A stretch of DNA of 63,966 nucleotides, filler included. It is 7 parts of 7 records of this genome, joined end to end, with 100 filler letters (N's around TTAATTAATTAA, not from the genome) between each part and the next. Parts side by side here need not be neighbours in the genome. Positions count along the whole stretch, not along the records: positions 1 to 16,958 come from SRR20825010_6866; 6 more parts are not named here. One strand, given 5' to 3'. This document shows positions 1 through 9,943 of this stretch, one piece after another. The position numbers and the translations under genes were made by a program. The stretch's first letter is position 1. Every line of letters starts with the position of its first letter. Under the pieces are notes generated by a model. The model was given only the letters and a program-made list of their open reading frames with translations. It ran no database searches and was not told the DNA's origin.

Positions 1-29
1 TGCCCTGCTATCTCTACAATTGCGTACAT
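1..29 (-). CDS. rplU: 50S ribosomal protein L21, N-terminus only (truncated by window edge)
   Basis: Reverse complement reads ATG TAC GCA ATT GTA GAG ATA GCA GGG CA = MYAIVEIAG(Q/H), the typical Bacteroidota L21 start. Not in the ORF track. Confidence 0.8.
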
Positions 30-70
30 AATAGCGTATTATTTATTTTTACTTTCCTAAAATCGGACGA

Positions 71-100
71 CAAAGATATGTTTTTAATTTAAGATTGCAA
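71..100 (-). promoter_or_regulatory. Bacteroidota housekeeping promoter for rplU
   Basis: Minus strand has TATCTTTG (71-78), matching the -7 TAnnTTTG consensus, with TTG 19 nt upstream (98-100). Confidence 0.6.
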
Positions 101-166
101 TAGTGAATGGGTTAGTTTTATAAAATTAAGCGATTTTGTCATTTTATTGGGATTTTGAAAGGGTAT

Positions 167-1141
167 TTACTGGTTAATTTGACCTTTCGTTGTGAAGTAG
201 ACTTTGAGCTCGTCCGCGCAATCAACTAACACATTTTGATAGGTGGGAAAAGTGAGTTTGTCCAATTGAAGCAAGGTGTCGCCAAGCAAATCGTCGAAGT
301 TAAGTCCATAATCAGCATCGTAAGCACCAATGTTTATGTATGGGTTTGGCTCAGAATGAAAGAAGGTTTCCGATCGTGAATGATTAACGAAGTAACTGTT
401 TTTAGATTTTTGATAAATAATTGTTTTGTTATTCGATGAGATAAAAATGCATGCCTCTGGCGTTCCGTCTCCAAAATCGTTGTCCTCACCGCCGAGCTTC
501 TTGAGCGTTTTCGGTTTGTTTAACTTGAGTGACTTGAAATAAGCGCGGGATTCGTAAATGGAGGAAATCTCAAACGGAACTTTGATGACGGCTGAAACGG
601 GAATTTTTTCATTGGAATATTTACCAAAAAAAGACAAGAATTTAAAGTTGACTTCGAAGAGAAGCGTGTCTTTCCCCATTTTGAGGGAGTGAAAGTCGTC
701 TTCATCCATCGTGATTGAAAATGTGGCGCTTCCATGCGAGAGTGATTCTTTGTCCTTTCTAGATGAAAAAAGTTTGGATTCTTTAGTCAAGCCTTTTAGT
801 GTTACTTCGATGTGATCTGCGTCTTCATACTCCTTAAATCCCGAGTTGTAAACTTTTGGAATCCGAACGGTGTCACCAAGATCAACGTGAATGGAAAATT
901 CAATTCTATTGAGAAATTCTTTGGCAGAAATAATGAGCGATTTGTTAGCGATGAATTTATAGCCTTTGAGAAATTCGATAGGAAGGTCATTGTTGATTGT
1001 TTGTTGACTCGGTTGTGTAGAAGACGAGTTTCTAGGTTGCTGTTGCGGCATGTGTGTTGGCGAATGTTGCTTAGAGTTATCTAAATTGCAGCCATAGATA
1101 GTTACAGCTAAAAAAAGCATGAGTAGTAGGGGTTTGTTCAT
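167..1141 (-). CDS. Hypothetical lipoprotein with a C-terminal C2-like domain
   Basis: Likely start MNKPLLLMLFLAVTIYG|C (lipobox-like), then a Q/P/S-rich linker. The C-terminus has the pattern DNDFGDGTPE...IGAYDADYGLNFDDLLG. Confidence 0.6.
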   Translation of the reverse strand: MNKPLLLMLFLAVTIYGCNLDNSKQHSPTHMPQQQPRNSSSTQPSQQTINNDLPIEFLKGYKFIANKSLIISAKEFLNRIEFSIHVDLGDTVRIPKVYNSGFKEYEDADHIEVTLKGLTKESKLFSSRKDKESLSHGSATFSITMDEDDFHSLKMGKDTLLFEVNFKFLSFFGKYSNEKIPVSAVIKVPFEISSIYESRAYFKSLKLNKPKTLKKLGGEDNDFGDGTPEACIFISSNNKTIIYQKSKNSYFVNHSRSETFFHSEPNPYINIGAYDADYGLNFDDLLGDTLLQLDKLTFPTYQNVLVDCADELKVYFTTKGQINQ

Positions 1142-1262
1142 AGATGCTAAATTAGCAATCTCCTTGAATCTCAATTCGTTTTCTATGTTTTAACGAAATT
1201 TTGACTTACTTTTCATGTCGTGATAAATTGGAGGCATTCGTAATGTTTCAAAATTGAAAACT

Positions 1263-2207
1263 ATGAAAAATTTAATTTTCTTAGCTGGTTGTGCGCTTAT
1301 TCTTACTAGTAATTCATGCAGTTCTGGTAGAATTCCACGCGGGTATAAAACAAGAAATGTTATTGTGATTGTTGTTGATGGACCTCGGTATTCAGAAACG
1401 TGGGGCGATACATCTCGACAATATATTCCTTATCAAAATCAAATGCTTCCGAATGGGGTCTTTTTTGATAATTTTTCAAATTTGGGCGAAACAAAAACAA
1501 CTCCAGGCCACACTGCGGTTTGCACAGGCGTGTATGAGTCCATTGATAATAGCGGACTAGAAATTCCATATTATCCATCCATATTCCAATATTGGATGAA
1601 GAGACATAAAAAATCGCCATCCGATGCGTGGGTGATTGCAAGTAAAGATAAATTAGAAGTGCTTGCGAATTGTGAATTTGCAGGATGGAAAGATAATTAT
1701 CAGCCTTCGACGGATTGCGGGAATGGTGGTTTTGGAGTAGGAAGTGGGTATCGGCCAGATGAGTTAACGACAAGCGCAACAATTCAACGTTTGAAGACGA
1801 ATCATCCGCAAATGGTTCTGATTAATTTTAGAAATCCTGATTATGCTGGTCATACAGGTGTTTGGAATGATTACTTGAACGGTATTAAATCTTCGGATAG
1901 TCTTGTGGGGGTCCTTGTAGATTTCTTAAATTCAGATCCTTATTATAAAGACAGAACAGCGATTTTTATAACGAATGATCATGGAAGGCATTTGAATGGC
2001 GTTTCGGATGGTTTTAAATCTCATGGTGATGGATGTGCTGGCTGCAGAAAGATTAGTCTTTTGGCAATGGGGCCTGATTTTGTTCCAGGAAGAATTGTTT
2101 CAACGGCGTATGATCAAAGAGACATCGCGTCGACGATCGCTCAGTTGATGAATTTTAACATTCCAACTTCCGATGGGAAGTCTATTTCGGAATTATTCGG
2201 GAATTAA
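1263..2207 (+). CDS. Alkaline phosphatase/sulfatase-superfamily metalloenzyme, probable lipoprotein
   Basis: Motifs VIVVDG, TTPGH (Thr nucleophile position), DYAGH, TNDHG and HGD. N-terminal signal with Cys (SNSC). Confidence 0.75.
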   Translation: MKNLIFLAGCALILTSNSCSSGRIPRGYKTRNVIVIVVDGPRYSETWGDTSRQYIPYQNQMLPNGVFFDNFSNLGETKTTPGHTAVCTGVYESIDNSGLEIPYYPSIFQYWMKRHKKSPSDAWVIASKDKLEVLANCEFAGWKDNYQPSTDCGNGGFGVGSGYRPDELTTSATIQRLKTNHPQMVLINFRNPDYAGHTGVWNDYLNGIKSSDSLVGVLVDFLNSDPYYKDRTAIFITNDHGRHLNGVSDGFKSHGDGCAGCRKISLLAMGPDFVPGRIVSTAYDQRDIASTIAQLMNFNIPTSDGKSISELFGN

Positions 2208-3108
2208 TTTTCTTTCTACCAATTACGTTAGCGGTGAAGATGCCGAAAATAACAATAAACATTGCTCCGATTTGATACGAATTAATACGCTCTCCGAAGG
2301 ATAATCCGATGATTACCGCTACAATTGGAATCAGGTAAGTTACGCTACTCGCGAAAAGTACAGACGATAGAGCTACGAGTCGGTTAAATAAGATCAATGC
2401 TAGAGCGGTTCCAATAACACTTAAAATTGTAAGGTAAACGAGTCCTTCTGGAGCATGTGGGTTTTCCATTATTGTCGTTAATGAACCTTGTTGCAACGCG
2501 ATTACTATGCTTGGACCAAGAATGATTAAAAAAGCCAATGACGCGATTTCGTAGCTTTTTAAATGCGAAAGTGTATAACGAATGGTGTTTAAGCTAATTC
2601 CGTAACAAAGTGTCGCGAAAATAATCGCGAAAATGTGAATCCATTCTCCAGTTAAGGAAAAGCTCTTCCCAGCGATAACTAATAGAATCACGCCAATTGT
2701 TCCTATTGCTGTCCCGAGAAGCTGAATTTTCGTGAGACGCTCTTTAAAAACGATGAATCCTATCATTAATGCGAAAATCGGAGTGCAGCTATTTAGCATT
2801 CCTGCAAATCCTGAGGATATTCCCGTTTCGGCAAAAGTAAAGAGAAACGCTGGAATGAAATTACCGCAAAGTCCAACAATCCCAAGTCTTAAAAAGATCT
2901 TCCAGTCAGTTATTTTTTTGATTGTTCGCAGTGCAACTGGAAGTAGAACCCCGCCGGCCAAAACCATTCTTAATGCTCCAACTTGGGAGTCCGAAAAGAT
3001 CGCTTCGCCATCAGTGGTGAACATGGATTTTTTCATTAGGATAAATGAACTTCCCCAGATTCCTGCAAGAAAAAAGAGGATAATCCAGCTAAGATTTTTT
3101 TGAAGCAT
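2182..3108 (-). CDS. DMT/EamA-family transporter
   Basis: About 10 hydrophobic segments in two EamA repeats; motifs IWGSSF, ISSGFAGMLNSCTPIF and YLIPIVA. Confidence 0.9.
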   Translation of the reverse strand: MLQKNLSWIILFFLAGIWGSSFILMKKSMFTTDGEAIFSDSQVGALRMVLAGGVLLPVALRTIKKITDWKIFLRLGIVGLCGNFIPAFLFTFAETGISSGFAGMLNSCTPIFALMIGFIVFKERLTKIQLLGTAIGTIGVILLVIAGKSFSLTGEWIHIFAIIFATLCYGISLNTIRYTLSHLKSYEIASLAFLIILGPSIVIALQQGSLTTIMENPHAPEGLVYLTILSVIGTALALILFNRLVALSSVLFASSVTYLIPIVAVIIGLSFGERINSYQIGAMFIVIFGIFTANVIGRKKINSRIIPK

Positions 3109-3174
3109 ACGGTAAAGTTAACTCAATTATTTCTACCAAAGTTGAAGTTTAGTTATTCACATGGAAAATTTCTT

Positions 3175-3299
3175 ACCACTTTATACCACTATTGCTATTT
3201 CCGCTATATTTGTGACTATTGAGCGTTTGAGGTGTAACCTTTTTTCGTTTTGAGCGTTCATACTTATCAACAATGTGAAATGAAGTGGTAAAAAGTGGT
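3175..3299. promoter_or_regulatory. dcw promoter with MraZ-binding repeats
   Basis: 10-nt periodic GTGAA/GTGGT/GTGGT at 3275, 3285 and 3295. An inverted pair ACCACT at 3175 and 3185. A -7 box TATATTTG at 3205-3212. Confidence 0.7.
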
Positions 3300-3332
3300 A
3301 TAATTAAATTATTTTTACCGTAATTATCCGTT

Positions 3333-3791
3333 ATGGCAGGCTTAGTAGGAGAATTTGAAGTGAAATTGGACGCGAAAGGGCGTTTTATGTTTCCTTCCGG
3401 ATTACGGAAGCAACTTCCTCCTGCTGCACAACGAGATTTCATGTTGAATAAAGGGTTTGAGGATTGTCTTACGCTATTTCCAATTCACGAATGGGAAAAA
3501 GTAAGTGAGAAGCTCTCAAAACTTAATCTCTTTAAACCGCAAAACAGAATGTTTTATCGCTTGTTTCATCAAGGGGCTAAAGCAGTAAGTTTAGACAATG
3601 CTGGACGCGCACTCATTCCTGTTGCGCACATGGAGCGTGTCGGTTTAAATCAAGAGGTGATGTTGATCGCATACAATGATCGAATTGAAATCTGGGACAA
3701 GGCTAAGTACTTCGAAATGATCGAAGGTTCCATGGCGGATTTTGCTGATTTGGCAAATGAAGTAATGGGTGGTCTTGAAGATGGAGAGTAA
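3333..3791 (+). CDS. mraZ: Transcriptional regulator MraZ
   Basis: Two AbrB-like repeats (LDAKGR, LDNAGR) and IEIWD; first gene of the dcw cluster. Confidence 0.97.
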   Translation: MAGLVGEFEVKLDAKGRFMFPSGLRKQLPPAAQRDFMLNKGFEDCLTLFPIHEWEKVSEKLSKLNLFKPQNRMFYRLFHQGAKAVSLDNAGRALIPVAHMERVGLNQEVMLIAYNDRIEIWDKAKYFEMIEGSMADFADLANEVMGGLEDGE

Positions 3792-4698
3792 CGAAGAATA
3801 TCATATTCCAGTAATGTTGAACGAATGTTTGGAGGGTCTTGCGATTCGTCCAAACGGCATTTATGTGGACGTTACATTTGGTGGCGGTGGACACTCAAAA
3901 GCGATTTTTAAGTTGTTGAATGAGGATGGTAAATTGATCGTTTTTGATCAAGATCCAGATGCTAAGAAGAACGCATGGGAAGCTCCGAACTTCGAGTTTA
4001 TCCCAGCGAATTTCTCTTTCATTTCAAATCATTTGCGCTTACTCGGAATTAAGCATGTAGATGGAATCTTGGCTGATTTGGGTGTTTCATCTCATCAGTT
4101 TGATGTAGAATCCCGTGGGTTCTCTATTCGTGGTGAAGCTGCTTTGGATATGCGAATGAACCAGCATGGTGATTTGACGGCTGAGAAAGTGGTAAATGAT
4201 TACGAACAGGATGATTTACTCAGAATTCTAAGAGCGTACGGAGAAATTTCAAACGCGTGGAAGTTGGTCAACATCATTATCTCTGAACGAAGAAATAGAA
4301 GAATAAAAACAACAGGTCAGTTTTTGGAAATTGTTGAGAAATGTGCTCCGAAACACCGTGAGCATAAATACTTCGCACAAGTTTTTCAAGCAATTAGAAT
4401 CGAAGTGAATGATGAAATGAGTGCGCTAGAATCCTTCTTGAAACAGTCCGAGAAAGTGCTGAAGCCAGGTGGAAGACTAGTTGTAATGTCATACCATTCA
4501 TTGGAAGATAGATTGGTGAAGAATTTCATGAAACGCGGTTCGCTCACAGGTGAAATTGAAAAGGATTTCTTCGGGAATGTATTAAAGCCATTTACGGAAA
4601 TAGTGCGCCACCCAATTGTAGCGAATGCTGAAGAATTAGAAAGAAATAGTCGTGCAAGAAGCGCGAAACTTAGAATAGCTGAACGAGATGGACAATGA
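3781..4698 (+). CDS. rsmH: 16S rRNA m4C1402 methyltransferase
   Basis: Motifs HIPVML, DVTFGGGGHS, DLGVSS, SYHSLEDR and RARSAKLR. Confidence 0.97.
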   Translation: MESNEEYHIPVMLNECLEGLAIRPNGIYVDVTFGGGGHSKAIFKLLNEDGKLIVFDQDPDAKKNAWEAPNFEFIPANFSFISNHLRLLGIKHVDGILADLGVSSHQFDVESRGFSIRGEAALDMRMNQHGDLTAEKVVNDYEQDDLLRILRAYGEISNAWKLVNIIISERRNRRIKTTGQFLEIVEKCAPKHREHKYFAQVFQAIRIEVNDEMSALESFLKQSEKVLKPGGRLVVMSYHSLEDRLVKNFMKRGSLTGEIEKDFFGNVLKPFTEIVRHPIVANAEELERNSRARSAKLRIAERDGQ

Positions 4699-5116
4699 GT
4701 TTGTAGACCGCTCTCAGCTTGATGAAAAGGAAGCTGTAGAAGCGACGAAAAAGAAGCAGGTAGAAGAAAGAGCGAAGAGAATTCGGGATAAAAAACCGAA
4801 TGCTTTAGTTCAGATTTTAAATGGAGAGTTTTTTACTCGTGAGTTTGTAGTGAAAAACTTGGCGTTCATCTTCTTCGTGATGTTTCTATTGCTATTAACC
4901 GTGAGTAAAGGTTATTACGGGAAACGACTGTCGAAGGATGTGACACAGCGACAAGAAGAGTTAGATGAATTGACTTCTGATTATTTCGAAGCAAAAGCAC
5001 GCTTAGAAGATGAAACGGGTCGAACAAAATTAGTAGAGCAGCTTGAGTCTAGAGGACTAAAAGAAACGGTGAATCCAACGAAGGTGATCCGGATAAAAAA
5101 AGATAACGAAGATTAA
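4688..5116 (+). CDS. ftsL: FtsL-like cell division protein
   Basis: Single TM segment followed by a coiled coil; lies between rsmH and ftsI. Confidence 0.75.
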   Translation: MDNEFVDRSQLDEKEAVEATKKKQVEERAKRIRDKKPNALVQILNGEFFTREFVVKNLAFIFFVMFLLLLTVSKGYYGKRLSKDVTQRQEELDELTSDYFEAKARLEDETGRTKLVEQLESRGLKETVNPTKVIRIKKDNED

Positions 5117-5118
5117 TA

Positions 5119-7239
5119 ATGAGTGAACGCAAAGACATATTTTGGAGGGCTTACCTGATTTATTTCGGGTTTGTCATCATTATGTTGGTAGTGTTGATCA
5201 AAACAGTGATGATTCAGTTTGAAGACGGTGAGCCTATGTTCATGACGTCTACAGATGGGACAACTAAAATGCCTACCCGAACGGTTCTCAAGAAGCCGCG
5301 AAGAGGTCAGATTTTGGATGTGAATTACACGCCGTTGGTCACGTCATTGTCGTTTTATAATATCCACATGGATCCTACCGTGGCTTCAGATGAATTGTTT
5401 AATGCCGAAGTAGCGAATTTATGCATCGCGCTAAATGATCTTTATCCTGAGAAAACGGCTCGTGAATATGAAAATTTGATCCGTCAAGGGCGCGCACGTG
5501 GAGCACGTTACCTTTCAATTCATCGCAAGGCAACAAACGAGGAAAGAAAGTTATTAAGAAAGATGCCGATTTTCGATAAAGGAAGATTGAAAGGTGGGAT
5601 CATTGATAATGAAGAGTTGATCATTCGTCAACTACCGCAAGGCGAAATGCTCCGACGAACACTCGGATATCAGCGAGATGCTATCGATGGAAGAAAAGAA
5701 CTCCTTGTTGGCTTGGAAGGTGCGTACAACGATTACTTGAAGGGTGAACCAGGTGAGGAGATCGAACAAAAGATTTCTACAGGCTGGAAAAAAATGGGAC
5801 CTGTAACCAAAGAAGCTGTTGAAGGTGCAAGTATCGTTACAACGATTGATGTAGAGATTCAAGATGTTGCGCACACAGAATTGATGAAGCAATTGAAAAA
5901 CCAAGGTGCGAAAAACGGCTGCGCAATTGTAATGGACGTTCGTACAGGTGGAATTAAAGCGATTGTAAACTTGAACCGCGACGGCGCATCAGGTGAGTAT
6001 TATGAATCGTACAACCATGCGATTGGGACAAAGGAAGTGCCAGGGTCGACCTTTAAGTTAGCCTCATTGATGGCGCTTTTGGAAGATGGAAAAGTGTCGA
6101 TAAAAGACAAAGTAATGGCAGGTGGAACGTACAAGTTCTACAATAGTAAGTTGGAAGATTCCAATCACGGATACGGTTACGGTGAAATTACGATTCAAGA
6201 AGCGTTTGAAAAATCGTCGAATGTTATTTCTCGCGTTGTGAATAAAGCATACCGAAATGATCCGCAAGCATACATTGATCGCCTAAAAGAGTTTGGGGTT
6301 CATGAACCACTTGGAATTGAGATTGAAGGTGAGCCAACGCCAACCTTGTATTATCCAGGGCACAAGAACTGGTCTGGAATTTCTCTCCCATGGATGTCCA
6401 TCGGTTATGAGGTGCAACAAACGCCACTTCAAACCCTTGCTTTTTACAATGCAGTAGCGAATAATGGAACCTTTGTTCGACCACAATTTGTGAAGGAAAT
6501 CCGTCGTGGAAACCAATTGGTGAAGCAATTTGCTCCGATTGTAATCAAAGAGAATATCTGTTCGGAAAGAACATTAAAGGATTTGCAAAAATGCCTAGTG
6601 GGTGTTGTGGAGCGTGGAACAGGTTCTGCCTTGAAGTCAGCGTACTTTTCGATCGCAGGTAAAACAGGAACAGCTCTGGTATTGAACGATGATCTCCGAT
6701 ATGGAGATAAAGGCGAGAAACGCTATCAGGCTTCGTTTGTGGGTTATTTTCCTGCCAATGAGCCAGTTTATTCGTGCATCGTCGTGATTTCTGCACCGTC
6801 GAAAGATATTTATGGTGCGTCGGTTTCAGGAACGGTCTTCACGGCTATCGCAAACAAAGTGTATGCGTCAAGTTTGAAATACCACAAAGCGGTAAACGAT
6901 CATAAAAACCGATTGAAAACGGTTCCTCAAGTGAAAGTGGGAAATAGATACGATGTCATCCAACTCTTGAAGGAATTTAAAATCCCTTACACATCAGCTA
7001 CAGGAGCTAACTATGTGGTTTCTCAATCGGCAGAGGATAAGTTGAGCATAGAGGAGCGATACGTTGGAGTGAAGACGGTTCCGAATGTTCACGGAATGAC
7101 GGCTAAAGATGCGGTGTATGCAATCGAGTCTACGGGTATGATAACCAGAATTCGAGGCTACGGTAAAGTGACGAGCCAATCAATCAAAGCTGGAACGAAC
7201 GCAGCGCCTGGATTAACTGTTGAAATTATTTTGGAATGA
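5119..7239 (+). CDS. ftsI: Class B penicillin-binding protein with C-terminal PASTA domain
   Basis: SxxK (GSTFK), SxN (SSN) and KTG motifs; N-terminal TM; C-terminal VPNVHGM PASTA; dcw position. Confidence 0.93.
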   Translation: MSERKDIFWRAYLIYFGFVIIMLVVLIKTVMIQFEDGEPMFMTSTDGTTKMPTRTVLKKPRRGQILDVNYTPLVTSLSFYNIHMDPTVASDELFNAEVANLCIALNDLYPEKTAREYENLIRQGRARGARYLSIHRKATNEERKLLRKMPIFDKGRLKGGIIDNEELIIRQLPQGEMLRRTLGYQRDAIDGRKELLVGLEGAYNDYLKGEPGEEIEQKISTGWKKMGPVTKEAVEGASIVTTIDVEIQDVAHTELMKQLKNQGAKNGCAIVMDVRTGGIKAIVNLNRDGASGEYYESYNHAIGTKEVPGSTFKLASLMALLEDGKVSIKDKVMAGGTYKFYNSKLEDSNHGYGYGEITIQEAFEKSSNVISRVVNKAYRNDPQAYIDRLKEFGVHEPLGIEIEGEPTPTLYYPGHKNWSGISLPWMSIGYEVQQTPLQTLAFYNAVANNGTFVRPQFVKEIRRGNQLVKQFAPIVIKENICSERTLKDLQKCLVGVVERGTGSALKSAYFSIAGKTGTALVLNDDLRYGDKGEKRYQASFVGYFPANEPVYSCIVVISAPSKDIYGASVSGTVFTAIANKVYASSLKYHKAVNDHKNRLKTVPQVKVGNRYDVIQLLKEFKIPYTSATGANYVVSQSAEDKLSIEERYVGVKTVPNVHGMTAKDAVYAIESTGMITRIRGYGKVTSQSIKAGTNAAPGLTVEIILE

Positions 7240-8699
7240 CACAATCGCTAAAAGACATATTATACGGTGTAAATATCGTTGCTGTTCATGGGAGCACAGA
7301 CGCAATGGTTGAGCAATTAACGTTCGATTCTCGCGAAGCAAAACAAGGGAGCTTGTTTTTTGCAATTCGCGGTGCGAAGGTAGACGGGCATTCATTTATT
7401 CCGCAAGTGATTGAAAATGGATGTACGCTAATTATCTGTGAGGATGAGGTGGAGAACGTCGAGGGCGTTACAGTTGTGCGTGTAGAAAGGTCTTCAAAAG
7501 CATTGGCGATGTGCGCGAATAATTTCTTCGGAGAGCCTTCTCGTGAGTTGAAGTTGATCGGAGTGACAGGGACAAATGGAAAAACAACCGTGGCTACGCT
7601 CTTGTTTAATCTGTATTCTGAACTCGGCTATCAATGTGGATTACTCTCAACAGTGGTCAATAAAATCATGGACCGAGATATTCCAGCTACGCACACAACC
7701 CCAAATCCAATTGCGCTGAATGCGTTGTTGAGAGAAATGGTTGAGGAAGGTGTTTCACATTGTTTCATGGAAGTGAGTTCGCATGCGATTCACCAAGATA
7801 GAACGGCAGGATTAACCTTTGCGGGTGGAGCGTTCACGAATATTACGCACGACCATTTGGATTATCACAAAACGTTCAAAGAATACTTGGAAGTGAAGCG
7901 TAGATTTTTCGATGATCTTCCAAAGGAAGCATTCGCGTTGACGAATATCGATGATAAAAACGGTGATGTAATGCTCCAGAATACCCGCGCAAAACGCAGA
8001 AGCTATTCCATGAGAGCAATGGCAGATTACAAAGTAAAAGTGCTCGAAAATCAATTTTCTGGACTGGTGCTAAATGTCAACGGAACCGAATTGTGGACAA
8101 AGTTGATTGGAGATTTTAATGCATACAACATTTTGTGTGTTTTCGGAATCAGTCAAGAACTTGGTGAGGACGCTACCGAAGTATTAACGGTTCTGAGCCA
8201 GTTGAAAGCAGTAGACGGAAGGTTTGAGTTTCTGAGAAGTCCATCTGGAATTACCGCAATTGTGGATTACGCCCATACACCTGATGCACTTGAAAATGTA
8301 TTGAAGACGATAGGCAATATTCGAACGAAGAACGAAACAGTTTTCACAGTTGTAGGCTGTGGCGGAGATCGAGATAGAACAAAGCGACCAGAGATGGCAA
8401 ACATCGCGTGTGAGCTTTCTGACAAAGTGATTTTAACATCGGATAATCCGCGCTCTGAAGATCCAAACGAAATTATTAATGAAATGATGGCTGGCGTAAG
8501 TGGGGCTCATTTCAAGAAAACACTTTCTATCGTTGACCGTGCGCAAGCGATTAAAACGGCGATCGCGATGGCGGAGAAAGATGACATCATTTTGGTGGCA
8601 GGAAAAGGTCACGAGAAATACCAAGAGATTAATGGGGTTCGACACGACTTCGATGATCTCGCTACGATAAAGGAACTATTTGAAAAACTAGAGAAATAA
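7236..8699 (+). CDS. murE: UDP-MurNAc-Ala-Glu--meso-DAP ligase
   Basis: Motifs GTNGKTT, MEVSSH, DYAHTPD, DNPR (meso-DAP specificity) and AGKGHE. Confidence 0.97.
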   Translation: MTQSLKDILYGVNIVAVHGSTDAMVEQLTFDSREAKQGSLFFAIRGAKVDGHSFIPQVIENGCTLIICEDEVENVEGVTVVRVERSSKALAMCANNFFGEPSRELKLIGVTGTNGKTTVATLLFNLYSELGYQCGLLSTVVNKIMDRDIPATHTTPNPIALNALLREMVEEGVSHCFMEVSSHAIHQDRTAGLTFAGGAFTNITHDHLDYHKTFKEYLEVKRRFFDDLPKEAFALTNIDDKNGDVMLQNTRAKRRSYSMRAMADYKVKVLENQFSGLVLNVNGTELWTKLIGDFNAYNILCVFGISQELGEDATEVLTVLSQLKAVDGRFEFLRSPSGITAIVDYAHTPDALENVLKTIGNIRTKNETVFTVVGCGGDRDRTKRPEMANIACELSDKVILTSDNPRSEDPNEIINEMMAGVSGAHFKKTLSIVDRAQAIKTAIAMAEKDDIILVAGKGHEKYQEINGVRHDFDDLATIKELFEKLEK

Positions 8700-9943
8700 T
8701 GTTGGTATACTTATTCAATTACTTAGATGAATTAAATTTTCCGGGAGCCGGATTGTTCAACTATATCTCGTTTCGTGCGGGAATGGCGTTGATCGTTTCG
8801 TTAATCGTTTCGATCATCTTCGGAAAACGAATTATTCGCCTTCTTCAAAAACAACAAATTGGTGAAACGGTTAGAGACCTAGGTTTGGAAGGTCAATTGG
8901 CAAAATCAGGAACGCCTACAATGGGTGGAATCATTATCCTGAGTGCCATCCTCATCCCAACGTTGCTCTTCGCTAAACTGCATAATATTTATGTGATCAC
9001 CATGATTCTCGCAACGGTTTGGTTGGGTGCAATTGGTTTTCTCGACGATTATATCAAAGTATTTAAAAAGAACAAAAAAGGACTCGCAGGGAAATTTAAG
9101 GTCGTTGGACAAATTGGTGTTGGACTGATCGTTGGTTCGATTCTCTATTTCCACCCGGACGTGAAGGTTCACAAGGAAGTCGCGTTAAACTATAAAGTGC
9201 AGCAAAACGAAGTCGAAGTGTCGCACATGCACAGTCAGAACGAAGCGAAAAATTCTAAATGGATTGAAACCGACGCAATGACAACAACGGTTCCGTTTAT
9301 TAATTCAAACGAATTCAACTACAACTGGTTGATCGGAGATTGGAGTAAAAAATACGGTTGGTTGCTCTTTATTCCAGTAGTAATTTTCATTGTAATTGCT
9401 GTTTCCAACGGCGCAAATATGACCGATGGACTCGATGGTTTAGCTACAGGAACCTCGGCAATTGTCGGAATCGCATTGGCTGTTTTAGCTTATGTAAGTT
9501 CGAACGCGCGCTTTGCAGATTATCTCGACGTAATGTACATCCCGTTCGCGGAAGAGCTCGTGATTTTCATAGCCGCCTTCGTGGGTGCGTGTATCGGATT
9601 TCTCTGGTTCAACTCTTTCCCAGCGCAAGTTTTTATGGGAGATACAGGAAGCTTGGCGCTCGGTGGAATCATTGCCGTATTCGCGATTTCCATTCGAAAA
9701 GAATTATTGATTCCAGTGCTTTGTGGAGTGTTCTTAATCGAGAATTTATCGGTCGTCCTGCAAGTCGGTTGGTTTAAAATCACCAAGCGAAAGTACGGCG
9801 AAGGACGAAGGATTTTCCTCATGGCTCCTCTGCATCATCATTATCAGAAAAAGGGATTGCATGAAGCGAAAATCGTTTCCAGATTCTGGATTGTCGCAGT
9901 ATTGCTAGCGGTAGTCACAATTGTCACATTGAAAGTAAGATAG
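8699..9943 (+). CDS. mraY: Phospho-MurNAc-pentapeptide transferase
   Basis: Motifs [33 protein letters not shown] and APLHHHY. Confidence 0.97.
   Translation: MLVYLFNYLDELNFPGAGLFNYISFRAGMALIVSLIVSIIFGKRIIRLLQKQQIGETVRDLGLEGQLAKSGTPTMGGIIILSAILIPTLLFAKLHNIYVITMILATVWLGAIGFLDDYIKVFKKNKKGLAGKFKVVGQIGVGLIVGSILYFHPDVKVHKEVALNYKVQQNEVEVSHMHSQNEAKNSKWIETDAMTTTVPFINSNEFNYNWLIGDWSKKYGWLLFIPVVIFIVIAVSNGANMTDGLDGLATGTSAIVGIALAVLAYVSSNARFADYLDVMYIPFAEELVIFIAAFVGACIGFLWFNSFPAQVFMGDTGSLALGGIIAVFAISIRKELLIPVLCGVFLIENLSVVLQVGWFKITKRKYGEGRRIFLMAPLHHHYQKKGLHEAKIVSRFWIVAVLLAVVTIVTLKVR

Noticed and set aside
3173-3442. 89-aa minus-strand ORF over the mraZ promoter
   Set aside because: It overlaps mraZ antisense and the regulatory boxes; no protein features.
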